This document shows, piece by piece, positions 63,297-64,000 of a DNA stretch of 64,000 nucleotides (position 1 is the stretch's first letter; each line of letters starts with the position of its first letter). Source of the DNA: Nannocystis sp. (GTDB lineage: Bacteria; Myxococcota_A; Polyangia; Nannocystales; Nannocystaceae); assembly GCF_016714285.1 (NCBI RefSeq), contig NZ_JADJNN010000008.1, positions 260,669 to 324,668 of the forward strand. The letters run 5' to 3'. The position numbers and the translations under genes are program-made. A model generated the notes under the pieces. That model was not told the origin of the DNA, did no database searches, and saw only the letters and a program-made list of their open reading frames with translations.

Positions 63297-64000
63297 CTAG
63301 CCGGTCGAGCTCCGCGGCTTACACACGAGCAAGGTGTGGCTCATGCCGAGCTCGTGGTGCTGGGCCTCGATCTCGAGGCCCGCCGCCTCGACGCAGGCGA
63401 GGAAGGTGGTCGATCGGTACATCTGGCTGGTGCCGTTGGCGATCGCGGTGAAGTAGAGCGAGGTCATCTGCAGGCAGAAGCTGGCGGCCCGGAAGCGCTG
63501 CTGATCCCAGAAGGCCTCGAGGATGTAGATCCGGCCGTGCTCGGGGATCGCCGCGGCGCAGCGGCGGAGGATCGCCACGATCTCGGCCTCGGAGAAGCAG
63601 TCGAGGAACTGGCTCATCCAGATCGCGTCGAAGCCCGGCGGCACCACGGTCGCGGGGTCGAGCAGGTCGGCGGGGTGGAAGCGGACGCGATCCAGGAGGC
63701 CCGCGCCGCGCAGCAGCTCCTCGGCGTTGCGCAGCTGGCCGGGGAGGTCCATCAGCGTGACCTCGACCTCGGGGTCGTGGCGCAGGCAGGCGCGGGCCCA
63801 CTTGCCGGTGTTGCCGCCGATGTCGAGCAGGCGCCGCGGCTTGCGGCGAAACACCAGCGGCAGGGTCGAGGCGAAGGCGCCGTCGGAGTAGAAGTGATCG
63901 AAGCCGAACCACGAGCGGCGGATCGGCTCGGGCAGCTGGGCGAGGCCCTCGTAGACCGTGCGCCACTCGCCGAAGACCTTGAGCCCGGCCGGCGTGCCGG
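63297..64000 (-). CDS. Class I SAM-dependent O-methyltransferase-like protein, N-terminal part outside window
   Basis: SAM motif LLDIGGNTGKWA, LMDLPGQL, C-terminal OMT-like region; ORF continues open to window end (GTG 63852 in track is internal). Confidence 0.7.
   Translation of the reverse strand, partial: GTPAGLKVFGEWRTVYEGLAQLPEPIRRSWFGFDHFYSDGAFASTLPLVFRRKPRRLLDIGGNTGKWARACLRHDPEVEVTLMDLPGQLRNAEELLRGAGLLDRVRFHPADLLDPATVVPPGFDAIWMSQFLDCFSEAEIVAILRRCAAAIPEHGRIYILEAFWDQQRFRAASFCLQMTSLYFTAIANGTSQMYRSTTFLACVEAAGLEIEAQHHELGMSHTLLVCKPRSSTG

Overview
This is a 64-kb, ~70% GC chromosomal segment with gene content typical of Myxococcota. Long antisense ORFs are frequent at this GC level, so calls rest on motif content rather than ORF length.

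Housekeeping genes: glyA (3' end cut by the window), trpG, trpC, rlmJ, parA-parB, lon, dnaK, purH, purD, DUF1015-hisZ-purA (ATGA-overlap coupling), bcp and tRNA-Cys(GCA).

Signal-transduction genes: three Ser/Thr kinases with TPR-like tails (two are close paralogs), two sigma-54 activators (GAF-type and FHA-type), a REC-PAS hybrid histidine kinase, and an FHA protein fused to a CpaF/TadA-like ATPase whose Walker A motif is degenerate.

Lipoproteins and secreted proteins are numerous: a lamin-tail-domain lipoprotein, two Cys-rich lipoproteins (one with myxobacterial disulfide-repeat character), a MepA-like endopeptidase, a Tat-secreted protein, and a periplasmic-binding-protein fold lipoprotein.

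The 3' third (about 54.9 kb to the window end) holds a cluster of tailoring-type enzymes:
- a SAM methyltransferase;
- a PHM/DBH-like copper monooxygenase with a CXXCH motif;
- a flavin-dependent halogenase (WxWxIP);
- an acyl carrier protein;
- an LPLAT-family acyltransferase;
- a Baeyer-Villiger monooxygenase;
- a partial O-methyltransferase.

Three non-coding signals stand out:
- A pair of ~270-bp near-identical, internally palindromic elements lies in inverted orientation around a Cys-rich lipoprotein gene (61.6-63.2 kb). Their stems show compensatory substitutions.
- A dispersed family of about 14 REP-like palindromes (CCTGTCCC-GARG-GGACAGG) sits mostly in intergenic DNA, but several fall in predicted N-terminal or linker coding.
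- Tandem repeats occur at several loci: 8-, 10-, 11- and 27-bp units and (GGTGGC)n.

No CRISPR array, rRNA, transposase or integrase gene was seen.
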